A stretch of 63,533 nt of DNA, counting the filler, from Hausera hauseri (taxonomy: Eukaryota), in the NCBI GenBank assembly GCA_046269625.1. It is 11 parts of 11 records of this genome, joined end to end, with 100 filler letters (N's around TTAATTAATTAA, not from the genome) between each part and the next. Parts side by side here need not be neighbours in the genome. Positions count along the whole stretch, not along the records: positions 10,217 to 16,465 come from JBJURY010120318.1; positions 16,566 to 21,491 come from JBJURY010389479.1; 9 more parts are not named here. One strand, 5' to 3'. The notes under the pieces were generated by a model, which had not been told where the DNA came from, ran no database searches, and worked only from the letters and a program-made list of their open reading frames with translations. This document shows, piece by piece, positions 10,217 to 21,591 of the stretch. Within the stretch, counting starts at the first letter, position 1. Each line of letters opens with the position of its first letter. Made by a program: the position numbers and the translations under genes.

Positions 10217-12930
10217 CTTAAGAAAAAGCCTGGCTCCAATGAGGAAATAGATTTAGAAGATCAAAAGATGCCGAAATGGTATCCTCCTCCACATTGGTTA
10301 AGACCGGAGATAAAAAAAGAAAGTAGAACGAATGTTAAAGGCCGACATAATTAAATCGAGCTACCGATCATGGTACTCCATATACTCATGATTAAGAAGA
10401 AAGGTACTACGAAGCACCCATTTTGTATCAATTATCGAGCGTTAAACACACTTATGATAAAAGATTCATTTCCACTACCATCGGAAAAAGAAGCCCTAGA
10501 TAGGCTTTCCGGAGCAAAATGGTTCACCACACTTGATCAACAGTCTGGATATTGGCATGTAGAGATAGAGGAAGAAGACCGCTATAAAACTGCGTTCAAA
10601 ATGCACTACGGTGTTTACGAATTCAACGTCATGCCATTCGGAATAACTACGGGACCTGCTATTTTTCCCGAATGATGAATAAGATGTTAATGGGACTAGA
10701 ACACGCGTTCGCATATCTGGACGACGTAATGGTTGCGTCCAAAGTGGAAGAAAAACATCTAAAGTACATTGAGGACATACTCATGGGGATAGAACAAGCC
10801 GAATTAAAATTGAATCTCAAGAAATGTAAATGGGCTCAAAACGCTGTGTCTTATCTCGGACATATAGTTGGAGAAGGAGGATAAAAGCCGTATAAATCAC
10901 TGTTGAGTAAGATATCATATTGTATGGAACTTCCAAATTCGAAAGAGTTAAGACATTGGTCAGGCTTGTGCGGATATTACGCCACTTATGTACCGGACAA
11001 TTCAAAAATAAATGCACTCTTGTATCGCTTACTTAAAGGGGATTAAATTAAAATGGACTGATGTTGAACAAAAGGCTTTCGACGAAAACATGAAAATCTT
11101 AACTAGCGAACCCGTTTTAAGATATCCTGATTTTAACCTACCGTTCATAATTAAAACGGATGCAAGCAAAGAAGGCATTGACTACGAGTTAGCTCAAAAG
11201 CGAGAAGAAAAAGAATCGGAACATCCGATTGCATACGGAGGAAGATCACTAAAGAAAGCTGAGAAGCATTATTCTGTTACAGAATTAGGAACGTTAGCTG
11301 TAAAAGAAGCTCTACGACACTTTAACGTATACGTCTACGGACAGAAGATTATAATTGTTACGGATCATAAAGAAGTTACAACATTTAAAGGCAGAGCAAA
11401 TAGTCCGACATGCAGACTCAACAGATGGATCAAAGAGATCTCACGATTTAATATTGAATTTCAGTACAAACCCGGATGCAAACATGTCTATGCCGATGCG
11501 TTATCAAGACTCAAAACCAAAACAAGCGCGATTACCATAATGGGAAAGCTCAGCTAGAAGAATGAGTGGATAGAAAACTGATTCTAACAATGGATAAAAC
11601 AATTAAAAATTCTACCAAACAAAAGAATGACAAAATTATACATTAAATCATCGAATTTGTTGGAAAAAATATAACGCCAAAGGGTCACCAACTACGAAAG
11701 CATTTGCAAAGACATGGTCATAAATACTGCGCAACAGGAGACACGAACTGCGGAAACGTATTGCATTATGAACGGAAAGGACGAAAATTAGTAGTCATAC
11801 CAAAAGGACTACGTACAGAAGTACTAATTGCCGAACACAACTCTTATTTAGCCGGACACGTCATGGAAGAATACATTAGAAAGAATATTAAAGAAGTATT
11901 ATTGGCCGAGCATATATATCGATGTAAAGAATTTGATGAATGCTTGTGAAGTATGCGCAACCAAACAGAAAAAGTAAAAACTATATTCCCGAACTTAAAC
12001 CAATAAACGTGCGGACAGACCAATGCAAGCAATGTCCATGGATATTGTAGGACCGTTACCTACAACTCACAAAAATAATAAGTATATTCTAACACGTGTA
12101 GATCAATTAACCCATTTTGTCGAGCTTATAGCATTAATGGACCATAAGGCCGAAACTCTAGCAGAAGCCGTAGTAAGGAAGATTATCTTTAGACACGGAC
12201 CTCCTGAACAAATTTTGACAGACCGAGAAAGAAACTTTACAAGTGAGTTCTCTGAGTAAATTACCAAAATATTCGAGATTGAACGATTAACCAAAACAAA
12301 CGATTACCATGCAACGGATTGGTTGAACGAATAAATGCAACAGTTATACGTATCTTATCCACCATGGCTAAGAAGGACCAGAAAGATTGGGACGAATTTT
12401 TAGAGGGCATATAGTTTGCCATAAACACTACACCACATCCTGCAACAGGATTTACTCCATTTATTGTGATGTGCGGCACAGAAGATGTAATACCCACGGA
12501 TTTAGGAATGATACCATATCAGTGAAAACGGAACAGTTAGAGCGAAACTTTGTTGAAGTATTACAGATGAGACTACATAAGTGTTGGGAAATATCCAAAG
12601 AATTATCTAGAGAATATCAAGAACAATTCTAAACGTAACACGACACGAATGCTAAATTACACGACCTAGAACAAGGGAATTGGATATATGTGCACTATCC
12701 AGTAGCGAAGAAAGTTCCATCTTTGAAACTTACCCGAACAGGCAGAGGACCATACGAAGTTATCAGAACCACGCCAGCTACAGTTTATATTAATGGAAAT
12801 GACAAGGAAGAAGTCGTATTAATACAAAGAGTGATTAGAACGGAAATAAGACCGAACAAACGCTATAATCTGCATTCGGACAGAGAGAATCCGAGACTAT
12901 CCAAGCAAGAAGGGAAAACGTCACCTATAG
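10217..12930 (+). pseudogene. Gypsy pol: reverse transcriptase, RNase H, integrase
   Basis: FTTLDQQSGYWHV, VMPFG, FAYLDDVM; KTDAS, YSVTELG, VTDHK, ADALSR; H..YLAGH, SMDIVGPLP, ILTD, NGLVERIN; GPY module; order RT-RH-IN; many stops. Confidence 0.95.
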
Positions 12931-12941
12931 CCACAAGACCG

Positions 12942-14240
12942 ATGTCATATGTACAAATAGTTCTTGCCTTGTCATTAATCGCCTCGTATATGCCAAGCGT
13001 AAGATCAATAACCCTGACCGAGAAACGGCAATATGCACAAAGACGTAAGGATATGCAAAACTTGTAGTCACTTAGAGTATACGATATGGATTTGAGCAAA
13101 CCCTGTGCCTGGTTCAAGGCAAGCGAATTGGTTAAGAACCACGTAAAGTTTCAAATAATATTTATGAATAGGATTGGTGTCGAGATGAAGACGTGTGATT
13201 TTCCGTATGGAACCTATCAGAAATGTTGCGACTTAGATTTTGATTAAACGTATAGATATAAACTTTAAATGTTCTATTATAACCTGCACGGAGTCCAGGC
13301 CTACATAATTACCGAATTTGAAACAAAAATGTCCCAACGAGACGATGCGAACAAAGCCAAAACAGACAAAATAATCCTGAATACCAACCTAGAATACCGA
13401 CTCCTACATTTTAACATTATTGGGATCGAAAAGTACTTCCAGAACCATTGTATTCGAATTAAGATTAAAATAGAATTGCCAGGAGATAGGCAAACCTCCA
13501 TTCGGTTCATACCATCGAACGTTTCAATCCCATCCACAGAGTATTGTTATATTGCACGACGCCGATCTACTACGTTCTGTAGACTGCCGTTAGGACACGA
13601 TTACCAATTGCAACTTGATCTGTATAATACTTATCCAAAGGAACCAAGTACATATCTGAGAGGATACCTCCCAAGGGTTGAAATATAGAAACTTCCACTT
13701 CTAACAACTACGAGAAAACCGTCTAATATTCCGAGTACGACTATTGCCACTGCGATAATCACTTCGAGTGAAATACCCGAGCAAGAATTGAGGAGTATAC
13801 CAATTAAGGTATTGACGCAAAATAATAAAATTTTGTTTTATGCAGAAGAATTGATAAACTACGAAATTAAAATTGAATGCCGAACCTTGCACACTAATCA
13901 AATCGTAATTTTAAAAAACAATCGAAAAATCGAATGTAAATCTTTGCGGCCGCAACACGATTATGTGATCCGAATTACTGCCAAGGGTCGAAGACCTGAA
14001 ATTTTCACGGTGCGGACTCGTCATGACGAATCAAGAGCAACGCGATATAAAGACCTTAGTACCCGTAATGTGCTTACTACAAAAGGGCATAGTGAGGCAA
14101 ATAGTTTACCGATAATAACTATATTTGGTTTTTCAACTTTTATTCTTGTCATATTAACAGCGACGATTTTCTTAGTTTCCAAAAACTGTAATAAACAGAG
14201 TAAAAATCAACAGAGGAATAAACGGGAAAAGGGATCGTGA
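12942..14240 (+). pseudogene. Type I membrane protein (signal-like segment, three FN3-like repeats, S/T-rich linker, TM) in frame after integrase
   Basis: MSYVQIVLALSLIASYMPSVRS; repeats CCDLDFD*TYRYKL, FCRLPLGHDYQLQL, CKSLRPQHDYVIRITA; TTTRKPSNIPSTTIATAIITSS; TM IITIFGFSTFILVILTATIFLV. ORFs at 12690, 13269, 13788 and 14391 share one frame. Confidence 0.6.
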
Positions 14241-15618
14241 GACGGGCTTTATGATAGTATAACCTGACAATTACAATCAGACAGAGGAACTAAAGTAAAA
14301 GACACGTTTCCTGACGTTACCGGAATTACGAAACTACAACTTGCGAAAGGCAAAGATTTCCTAGAAATCCAAGAAGATATAAGCCACGGCTTGTATGGAT
14401 TTATTATAATCGGATTCAGAGTACATGAAATGCTAGTAAGGCTAGGGATTAGACAAGAGTGCATAGCTGGAATTCGTGAAGTAAAATGCGTCGTTTGTAA
14501 AACGCGTGGAAAACACCCTAATGAGGTAAAGAGGATATCAACTTCCCTTAGAGTCACGAGAATCACAGTTTAAGATGATGCTTGAAGCCATGAATGGCGA
14601 ACAATTTAGATTTCATAAGTTAATGATAGCAAACAAACGCACGAAACCAATAAGAGATATTTACATATCGCTACGATGGAAACACGAGTGGAAACTCAAA
14701 AACCCTACACAGAATGTAATCTCTGACAGTAATCCAAAAATCTTAATGCAGAAAATCCGTAAGGGGTTTAGTAAATACCCGATATCTAGACATATTGAAC
14801 CCCAAGGGCATAATAATTTCCAAATAACCGTTCAAAACAGTCCAACCAAACCATTCAAACCAGAAGGACCAAATAAGTACAACCAACCCTTAATCGATCG
14901 AGTCTAAATTAAGTACAGACCGGCTGAAGAATTACGAAGACGAAAAAAGACGAAACCATCATTCTTTGAGTATATAAGCAAGAAGAAAACCAAGACAAAT
15001 AAAAACTGTGCTGAAGGGATAAAACCGTCCACTAGCAGCCTAATGCTGACGGCCAAAAAAGAAATGATAGAATCCAAGGACAAACTGAAAACGCCAGAAC
15101 ACGGAAAAACTACCGGACGAGGAACAGAAACGATCAGTTGCGGATCACTTAGAACGGAAGTAAACATTCTCCGAAGAAATTGGGAACAAACAGCCCCTAT
15201 CGTGGTAACCGAGTTCGGTCAGATTAAAGAATACGCCCAAATGTTGGTTATGGCCGAATATTATAGCAGAGGAAAAATTAAAGAAGCCATGTTTTATGTC
15301 ACCACCGTTCCTAGAAGAATCGTAAGTGGAAACGGATATGCCCGAGAGGATGTAACCATTGGCCGATACTTAGCCCCAATATCCCAGTCGAAAAATGGTA
15401 CCAATAGATTAACCATCCTAGTAGATACCCAAGTCCTAGTACGACTTAAAAGGCAGTACAAGAAAACCGGAATACCCGACTTAGACAAACAAGAAATCGT
15501 TGAATGGACGTTAGTCACCGTGTCAGATGACCCTAAGAAAAGTTCTATAGACCCCAAACATAAAGGATATACGGATATCTATACCAAGATAAAAAGGGAC
15601 TGGTATTCGAACGAATAG
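14241..15618 (+). pseudogene. Uncharacterised accessory coding region of the retroelement
   Basis: Co-oriented ORFs 14391-14573, 14575-14907 and 15043-15618 (last two in one frame) with the same A-rich codon style as pol; no family recognised. Confidence 0.5.
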
Positions 15619-15661
15619 AAGTTGATGCAAACCTCGTAGACATTGATGGGGTGAAAAAGAA

Positions 15662-15800
15662 GAATGTCCCGTGTGTGATGCAAATCTTATCAAGAATTTG
15701 TGGCATTAGATAACAAAGATTTCACCCATATATATTGCCGTTATTGCTTAGAAACGTGGACCATAAGAAATGAAATAACTACTCCCAAGTTTGTAGAGCC
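15662..15800 (+). pseudogene. Degenerate C3HC4 RING finger
   Basis: Across two frameshifts: ECPVC...EFVALDNKDFTHIYCRYCLETW...YSQVCRAE; two Cys ligands appear mutated (TTC; TAC/TCC). Confidence 0.55.
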
Positions 15801-16120
15801 GAAGCTACAAAACTGAGATATTTCTCTAACGGAGAAAGTAAAAGGATAGTGGAAATATTTCTTCAAAGGGCCACCACATTATACCACTTTGACAAACAAT
15901 CACCCCGAGATGAATTAAATTCGGAAACGGACTTACGCGGACGAATGAACCATCCACGCGGCACCTCTTCTGACGCAATTGGCACATACGAGAGTGCCGT
16001 TCAGGGAGAAATGTTGTAAAAGAGGCAAAAAACGTTGTAGAAAGAACAAGGAAATGTATAATAGAAACCAAAACCGAAAGTAAAACGGAATTTAACAAAT
16101 AATTATTTAACCAGAAATTA

Positions 16121-16465
16121 TGTAACGATTACTTAGTGCATGTAGTTATTTAATTTACAACGAATGTGAAAATTGTAAATCAAATAAATAAAGCAGATTA
16201 AGGCACACAAATGACCACAGATATATATATATAGTGATCGAATTGAAAGAGAAAAGGTTTGTGGAGTACAAATCGTATTAAGTCTAAGCAAGCAAAGCAG
16301 AGATATACTATTAAATCAAGCGACCTAATTTATCAGTTTTTCCGACGAAAGTCCGTGTCGAGGAACCGGACCGATATTTCGAAATTGTAGAGATTGATTT
16401 CGAATTATTCTTGTTGATTGCCGACCCTACGATTGTACGTAAGGTATTTTTGTTATTGTAAATAA
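16121..16465 (+). repeat. Probable 3' LTR (partial)
   Basis: Non-coding tract starting TGTAACGA just after the last ORF, containing AATAAA and a TATA-like run; no second copy in the window and only a weak polypurine tract. Confidence 0.4.
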
Positions 16466-16565
16466 NNNNNNNNNNNNNNNNNNNNNNNNNNNNNNNNNNN
16501 NNNNNNNNNTTAATTAATTAANNNNNNNNNNNNNNNNNNNNNNNNNNNNNNNNNNNNNNNNNNNN

Positions 16566-19500
16566 TGCTGTCAGCCATGCATGAAATTTTGGAATGATAC
16601 CCCCAATGGTTTTTTAAGCACATGAAAGATTCTGGAATGTGGGAATGCTAGCCTTAAAGGTTGGCGACCTATGAGAGACAATTTATACAAATACTTGTAA
16701 TTGAGCGATGCGCGAGAGTCTGTAATGAGAGCCCCATTGGTTGATTAGCCATGCACGAGATTCTTTAACGATAACCTCAGTGGATATTGAGCCATGCGAA
16801 AGTTTCTGGAATGATAGACCTAATGGTTGATGAAACATGCTCCACAATCTGGAATGATAGTTCCATTGGTTGTAATGCATGCGCCAGATACTGGAATGAC
16901 AGCTGAAGTTGATAGTGAGCCATTACTCCACATTTTGGAATGATAGCTCCATTGGTTGTAAGGTATGCGCCTAAAGTGAGCCATGCGCGATATTCTGGAA
17001 TGATAGTCCCAATGGTAAGATAAGATAAGGTCTCAACCACTGTTGAGAAATTTTGTGGGTGAGCCATGCGCGAGATTATCGATTGCTATCAACCATGCAT
17101 GAAATTTTTAATCATACCCCTAATGGTTGGTTGGCCTTGTTCCGCATTCTTGAATTACATTCCCAATGGTTGTTTTCTTGCGAGAGATCCCAGCATGATA
17201 ACCACAAAGGTTGGATATCCGTGCGAGAGAACATAGGTAGTTTAATTGGTTGATTAGCCATGCGCGATATACTGGAATTATAGCAGCCCATCCGGAATGA
17301 TACCCCCAATGGATTTGTAAGAATATAAAAGATTCTGTAATGTGGAAATGATAGCCTTAAAAATTGGCAAGCCATGAGAGGCAATCTAAACAGATATTTG
17401 TAATTGAGCCATGCGCGAGAGTCTGTAATGAGAGCCCCATTGGTTGATTAGCCATGCACGACATTCGGGAACGATAGTCCCAATGGTAAGATAAGATGAG
17501 GTCTCAACCACGGTTGAGAAATATTGTCTGTTTACATTTCTGCCCTGCTTGATGAGAAATGTGTGAGATTATGGAAAGGTTGCCCAAGTGCTTACTGAGT
17601 CATTCACGAGATCCTGGAATGGTAGCCCCAATAGATGGTGAGTCATGCGCAAGATTCTAGAATGATAGCCCCATTTGTGGGTGATGCATGCGCGAGATTA
17701 TCGATTGCTATCAGCCATGCATGAAATTTTAGAATGATACCCCCCAATGGTTTTTTAAGCATATAAAAGATGCTGGAATGTGGAAATGATAGCCTTAAAG
17801 GTTGGCAAGCTATGAGAGACAATCTAGACAGATATTTGTAATTGAGCCATGCGCGAGAGTCTGTAATGAGAGCCCCATTTGTTGATTAGCCATGCACGAG
17901 ATTCTTTAATGATAGCCTTAGTGGGCCATGCGAAAGTTTCTGGAATGATAGACCCAATGGTTGATGAGTCTTTCACGAGATTCTGGAATGATAGCCCCAG
18001 TGGATGGTGAGCCATGTGCGAATTTCTGGAATGATAATCCCAATGGTTTTGTAAGCATATAAAAGATTCAGGAATGGGATTGCCCTTAAAGGTTGGCGAG
18101 CTATGATAGACAATTTAGACCAATATTTGTAATTGTTAGTGAGCCATGCGCGAGAGTCTGTAATGATATGGTTGATTGGGTGATGCATGCGCGAGATTCT
18201 AGAATGATAGCCCCATTTGTGGGTGATCCATGCGCGAGATTGTCGATTGCTGTCAGCCATGCATGAAATTTTGGAATGATACCCCCAATGGTTTTTTAAG
18301 CACATGAAAGATTCTGGAATGTGGAAATGATAGCCTTAAAGGTTGGAGAGCTATGAGAGACAATCTAGACAGATATTTGTAATTGAGCCATGCGCGAGAG
18401 TCTGTAATGAGAGCGCTACTGGTTGATTTAGCCTTGCACGAGATTCTTTGAACGATAGCCTCAGTGGATAGTGAGCCATGCGAAAGTTTCTGGAATGATA
18501 GACCCAATGGTTGATAAGACATACTCCACATTCTGGAATGATAGACCCAGTGGTTGTAACGCATGCGCGAGATACTGGAATGATAGTCCGAATGGTAAGA
18601 TAAGAATAAGGTGTTTATTCATCCAGGGTTGAGAAATATTGTCTGTTTACATTTATGCCCTGGTTGGTGAGAAATGTGTGAGATTCCGAAATGGTAGCCC
18701 CAGTGCTTGCTGAGTCATTCGCGAGATTCTGGAATGAGAGCTCCAGTGGATGGTGAGCAATGTGCGAAATTCTGGAATGATAGTCCTTATGGTTTTGTAA
18801 GCATATAAAAGATTCTGGAATGTGGGAATGATAGCCCTTAAAGGTTGGCGAGCTATGAGAGATAATTTAATAAAATTTAATGAAATTTTAGAATGATACC
18901 CCCCAATGGTTTTTTAAGCATATAAAAGATTCTGAAATGTGGGAATGATAGCCTTAAAGGTTGACAAGCTATGAGAGACAATCTAGACAGATATTTGTAA
19001 TTAAGCCATGCGCGAGAGTCTGTAATGAGAGCCCCATTGGTTGATTAGCCATGCACGAGATTCTGGAACGATAGCCGCAGTGGATAGTGAGCCATTACTC
19101 CACATTTTGGAATGATAGCTCCATTGGTTGTAAGGTATGCGCCTAAAGTGGATGGTGAGCCATGCGCGATATTCTGGAATGATAGTCCCAATGGTAAGAT
19201 AAGATAAGGTCTCAACCACTGTTGAGAAATATTGTCTGTTTACATGTATGCCCTGCTTAGTGAGAAATGTGTGAGATTCCGGAATGGATGCCCCAGTGCT
19301 TGCTGTGTCTTTCACGAGATTCTGAAATGATAGCGAGCCATGCGAAAGTTTCTGGAATGATAGTATTAGTTTATGGTAAGCCATGCGCGAAATTCTGGAA
19401 TGATAGACCCGATGGTAAGATAAGATAAGGTCTTAACCAGGGTTGAGAAATATTGTCTGTTTACATTTATGCCCTGGTTAGTGAGAAATGTGTGAGATTC

Positions 19501-21491
19501 CGGAATGGTAGCCCCAGTACTTTCTGAGTCATACACGAGAGTCTGGTATGATAGCCCCAATAGATAAGTGAGCCATGCGCAAGATTCTAGAATGATAGTC
19601 CCATTCGTGGGCGATCCATGCGCGAGATTATCGATTGCTATCAACCATGCATGAAATTTTGGAATGATACCCCCGATGGTTTTTTAAGCATATGAAAGAT
19701 TCTGGAATGTGTAAATGATAACCTTAAAGGTTGGCAAGCTATGAGAGACAATCTAGACATATATTTGTAATTGAGCCATGCGCGAGAGTCTGTAATGAGA
19801 GCCCCACTGGTTGATTAGCCATGCACGAGATCTTGGAATGATAGCCATAGTGGTAGGTGAGCATGCACGAGACTCTCGATTGATAGCCAAAACTGTTGGT
19901 TTCACGCATTGCTCCCCATTCACGCAGGCTCAACAACCACTGGGTTGGCTAACCATCTATTGATGCCATCATTCCAGAATCTCGTGCATGTCTCACCAAT
20001 CACTGGTGCTATCATTACATGTAGCACATGGCTCACGATTCCTTTTAGCTATCAATCCAGAATTTAGGGTATGTCTCACCATCCGTATGGGCTATCATTC
20101 CAAAATCCCGTTCATGGCTAATCAACCAGTGTGGTTATCATTCCAGAACCTCGTGCATGAATCATTCCAAAATTTCACGCATAGTTTACCATCCACGCAC
20201 GGCTCAACAACCACTAGGGCTATCATTCCTGTATCTCGTGCATGCTTCAAAACCATTGGTGCTTTATAAACCATTGGGGCTAAAATTCCAGAATCACGCG
20301 CATGTCTCACAACAAGCATGGCTATCATTTCAGAATTTCATGCATGGGTCACCAACTGTTAGGGCTATCAATCGAAAAATCAATCGCATGGAACACTAAA
20401 CAACTGAGGCTATCATTCTAGAATGTTTCACATGGCTAACCAACCATTGGAGCTATCATTATAAAATTTAACGCATTCCTCACCATCCACGCACGGCTCA
20501 ACAACCACTGGAGATATCATTCCAGAATCTCGTGCATGGCTCACCAACCATTGGGGCTATCGTTAAAGAATATCGCGAACGGCTCACCAACCATTAATGA
20601 TATCATTCCAGCATCTCGTAAAAGGCCCATCAACCGTTAGGGCTATCATTCTAGAATTTTGCGTATGGTTCGCCAACCACTTTAGCTATCATTCCAGTTT
20701 CTCACGAATGTCTTACAACCATTGGTGCTATCATTCCAGAATGTGGAAAGTCCCATTCCAGAACGTCGTGCATGGATCACCAACAGTTGGGGCTAATAGT
20801 CCAGAATCTCTCGCTCACCAACCAATGGAGGTATCATTCCTAAATTTTACGAATTGATCACCATCTACGTACGGCTGAACAACCACTGGTGCTATCATTC
20901 CAGAATTGGCTTACCAACTATTGATTCCATCATCATAGAATTGGCTTAAAACTATTGATGCTATAATTCCAGAATGTAGGGAATGTCTCACCATCCATTG
21001 GAGCTATCATTCCAGATGCTTTCGCATGGCACAGTATTCACTGAGGCTATCGTACCAGAATCTGCTCATGATTCAGCAAGCATTGCCACTATCATCTCAG
21101 AATCTTGCGCATGGATCACCCACTGATCATTTCAGAATCAGACGCATGTCTCATGAACCAATGCAGATATAGATCCACATTCTCACACATGTTTCACCAA
21201 CCAATGAGGCAATCATTCCGGAAACTCCCGCATGACACTCCAAGCATTGGCTCTATTATTCCTGTTTATCATGCATGGCTCATCAACCGTTGAGGCCAAC
21301 GGAATCTCACTCATATCTCAACAACCATTGGTTCTATCATTCTAGAATGTCTCGCATGGCTCTCTAACCACTGGGGCTATCATTCTAGAATCTCACGCAT
21401 GGCTCACCAACTATTGGAGTTATCAATCTAGAATCTCGCTCATGCTACGTTTGTGCGAAATTTTTTAACGATAGTCTTAATGGTTGGTGAG
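16566..21491. repeat. Satellite array, ~43-bp monomer with higher-order structure
   Basis: Consensus approximately CCATTGGGGCTATCATTCCAGAATCTCGCGCATGGCTCACCAA; runs in reverse orientation 16566 to ~19900, forward ~19900-21445, then reverses again. Confidence 0.92.
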
Positions 21492-21591
21492 NNNNNNNNN
21501 NNNNNNNNNNNNNNNNNNNNNNNNNNNNNNNNNNNTTAATTAATTAANNNNNNNNNNNNNNNNNNNNNNNNNNNNNNNNNNNNNNNNNNNN

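Larger units (their letters stand above)
10217..16465 (+). mobile_element. 3' half of the giant Gypsy-type retroelement (RT-RH-IN plus ~3 kb extra coding region plus probable 3' LTR)
   Basis: Begins LRKKPGSNEEIDLEDQKMPKWYPPPH, nearly identical to the peptides at ~23150-23230 (-) and ~50250-50330 (+), which ties it to the glycoprotein-bearing family. Confidence 0.9.

Noticed and set aside
10370-16019. Alternative genetic code or programmed readthrough to explain the many in-frame stops
   Set aside because: All three stop types occur, positions differ between copies, frameshifts co-occur, and the piggyBac ORF reads normally in the standard code; neutral decay explains it.
16683-21293. Repetitive short ORFs in the satellite
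   Set aside because: The 43-bp period is not a multiple of three and the frames are full of stops.
16566-21491. CRISPR-like array or RT-associated repeat array, since it sits between two RT-encoding segments
   Set aside because: Monomers are degenerate and contiguous, the intervening sequences recur instead of being unique spacers, no cas genes are present, and both neighbours are separated from it by artificial linkers.
21492-21591. Large inverted arrangement of retroelement copies (10217+ versus 21592-) around the satellite
   Set aside because: Contig order and orientation are arbitrary.
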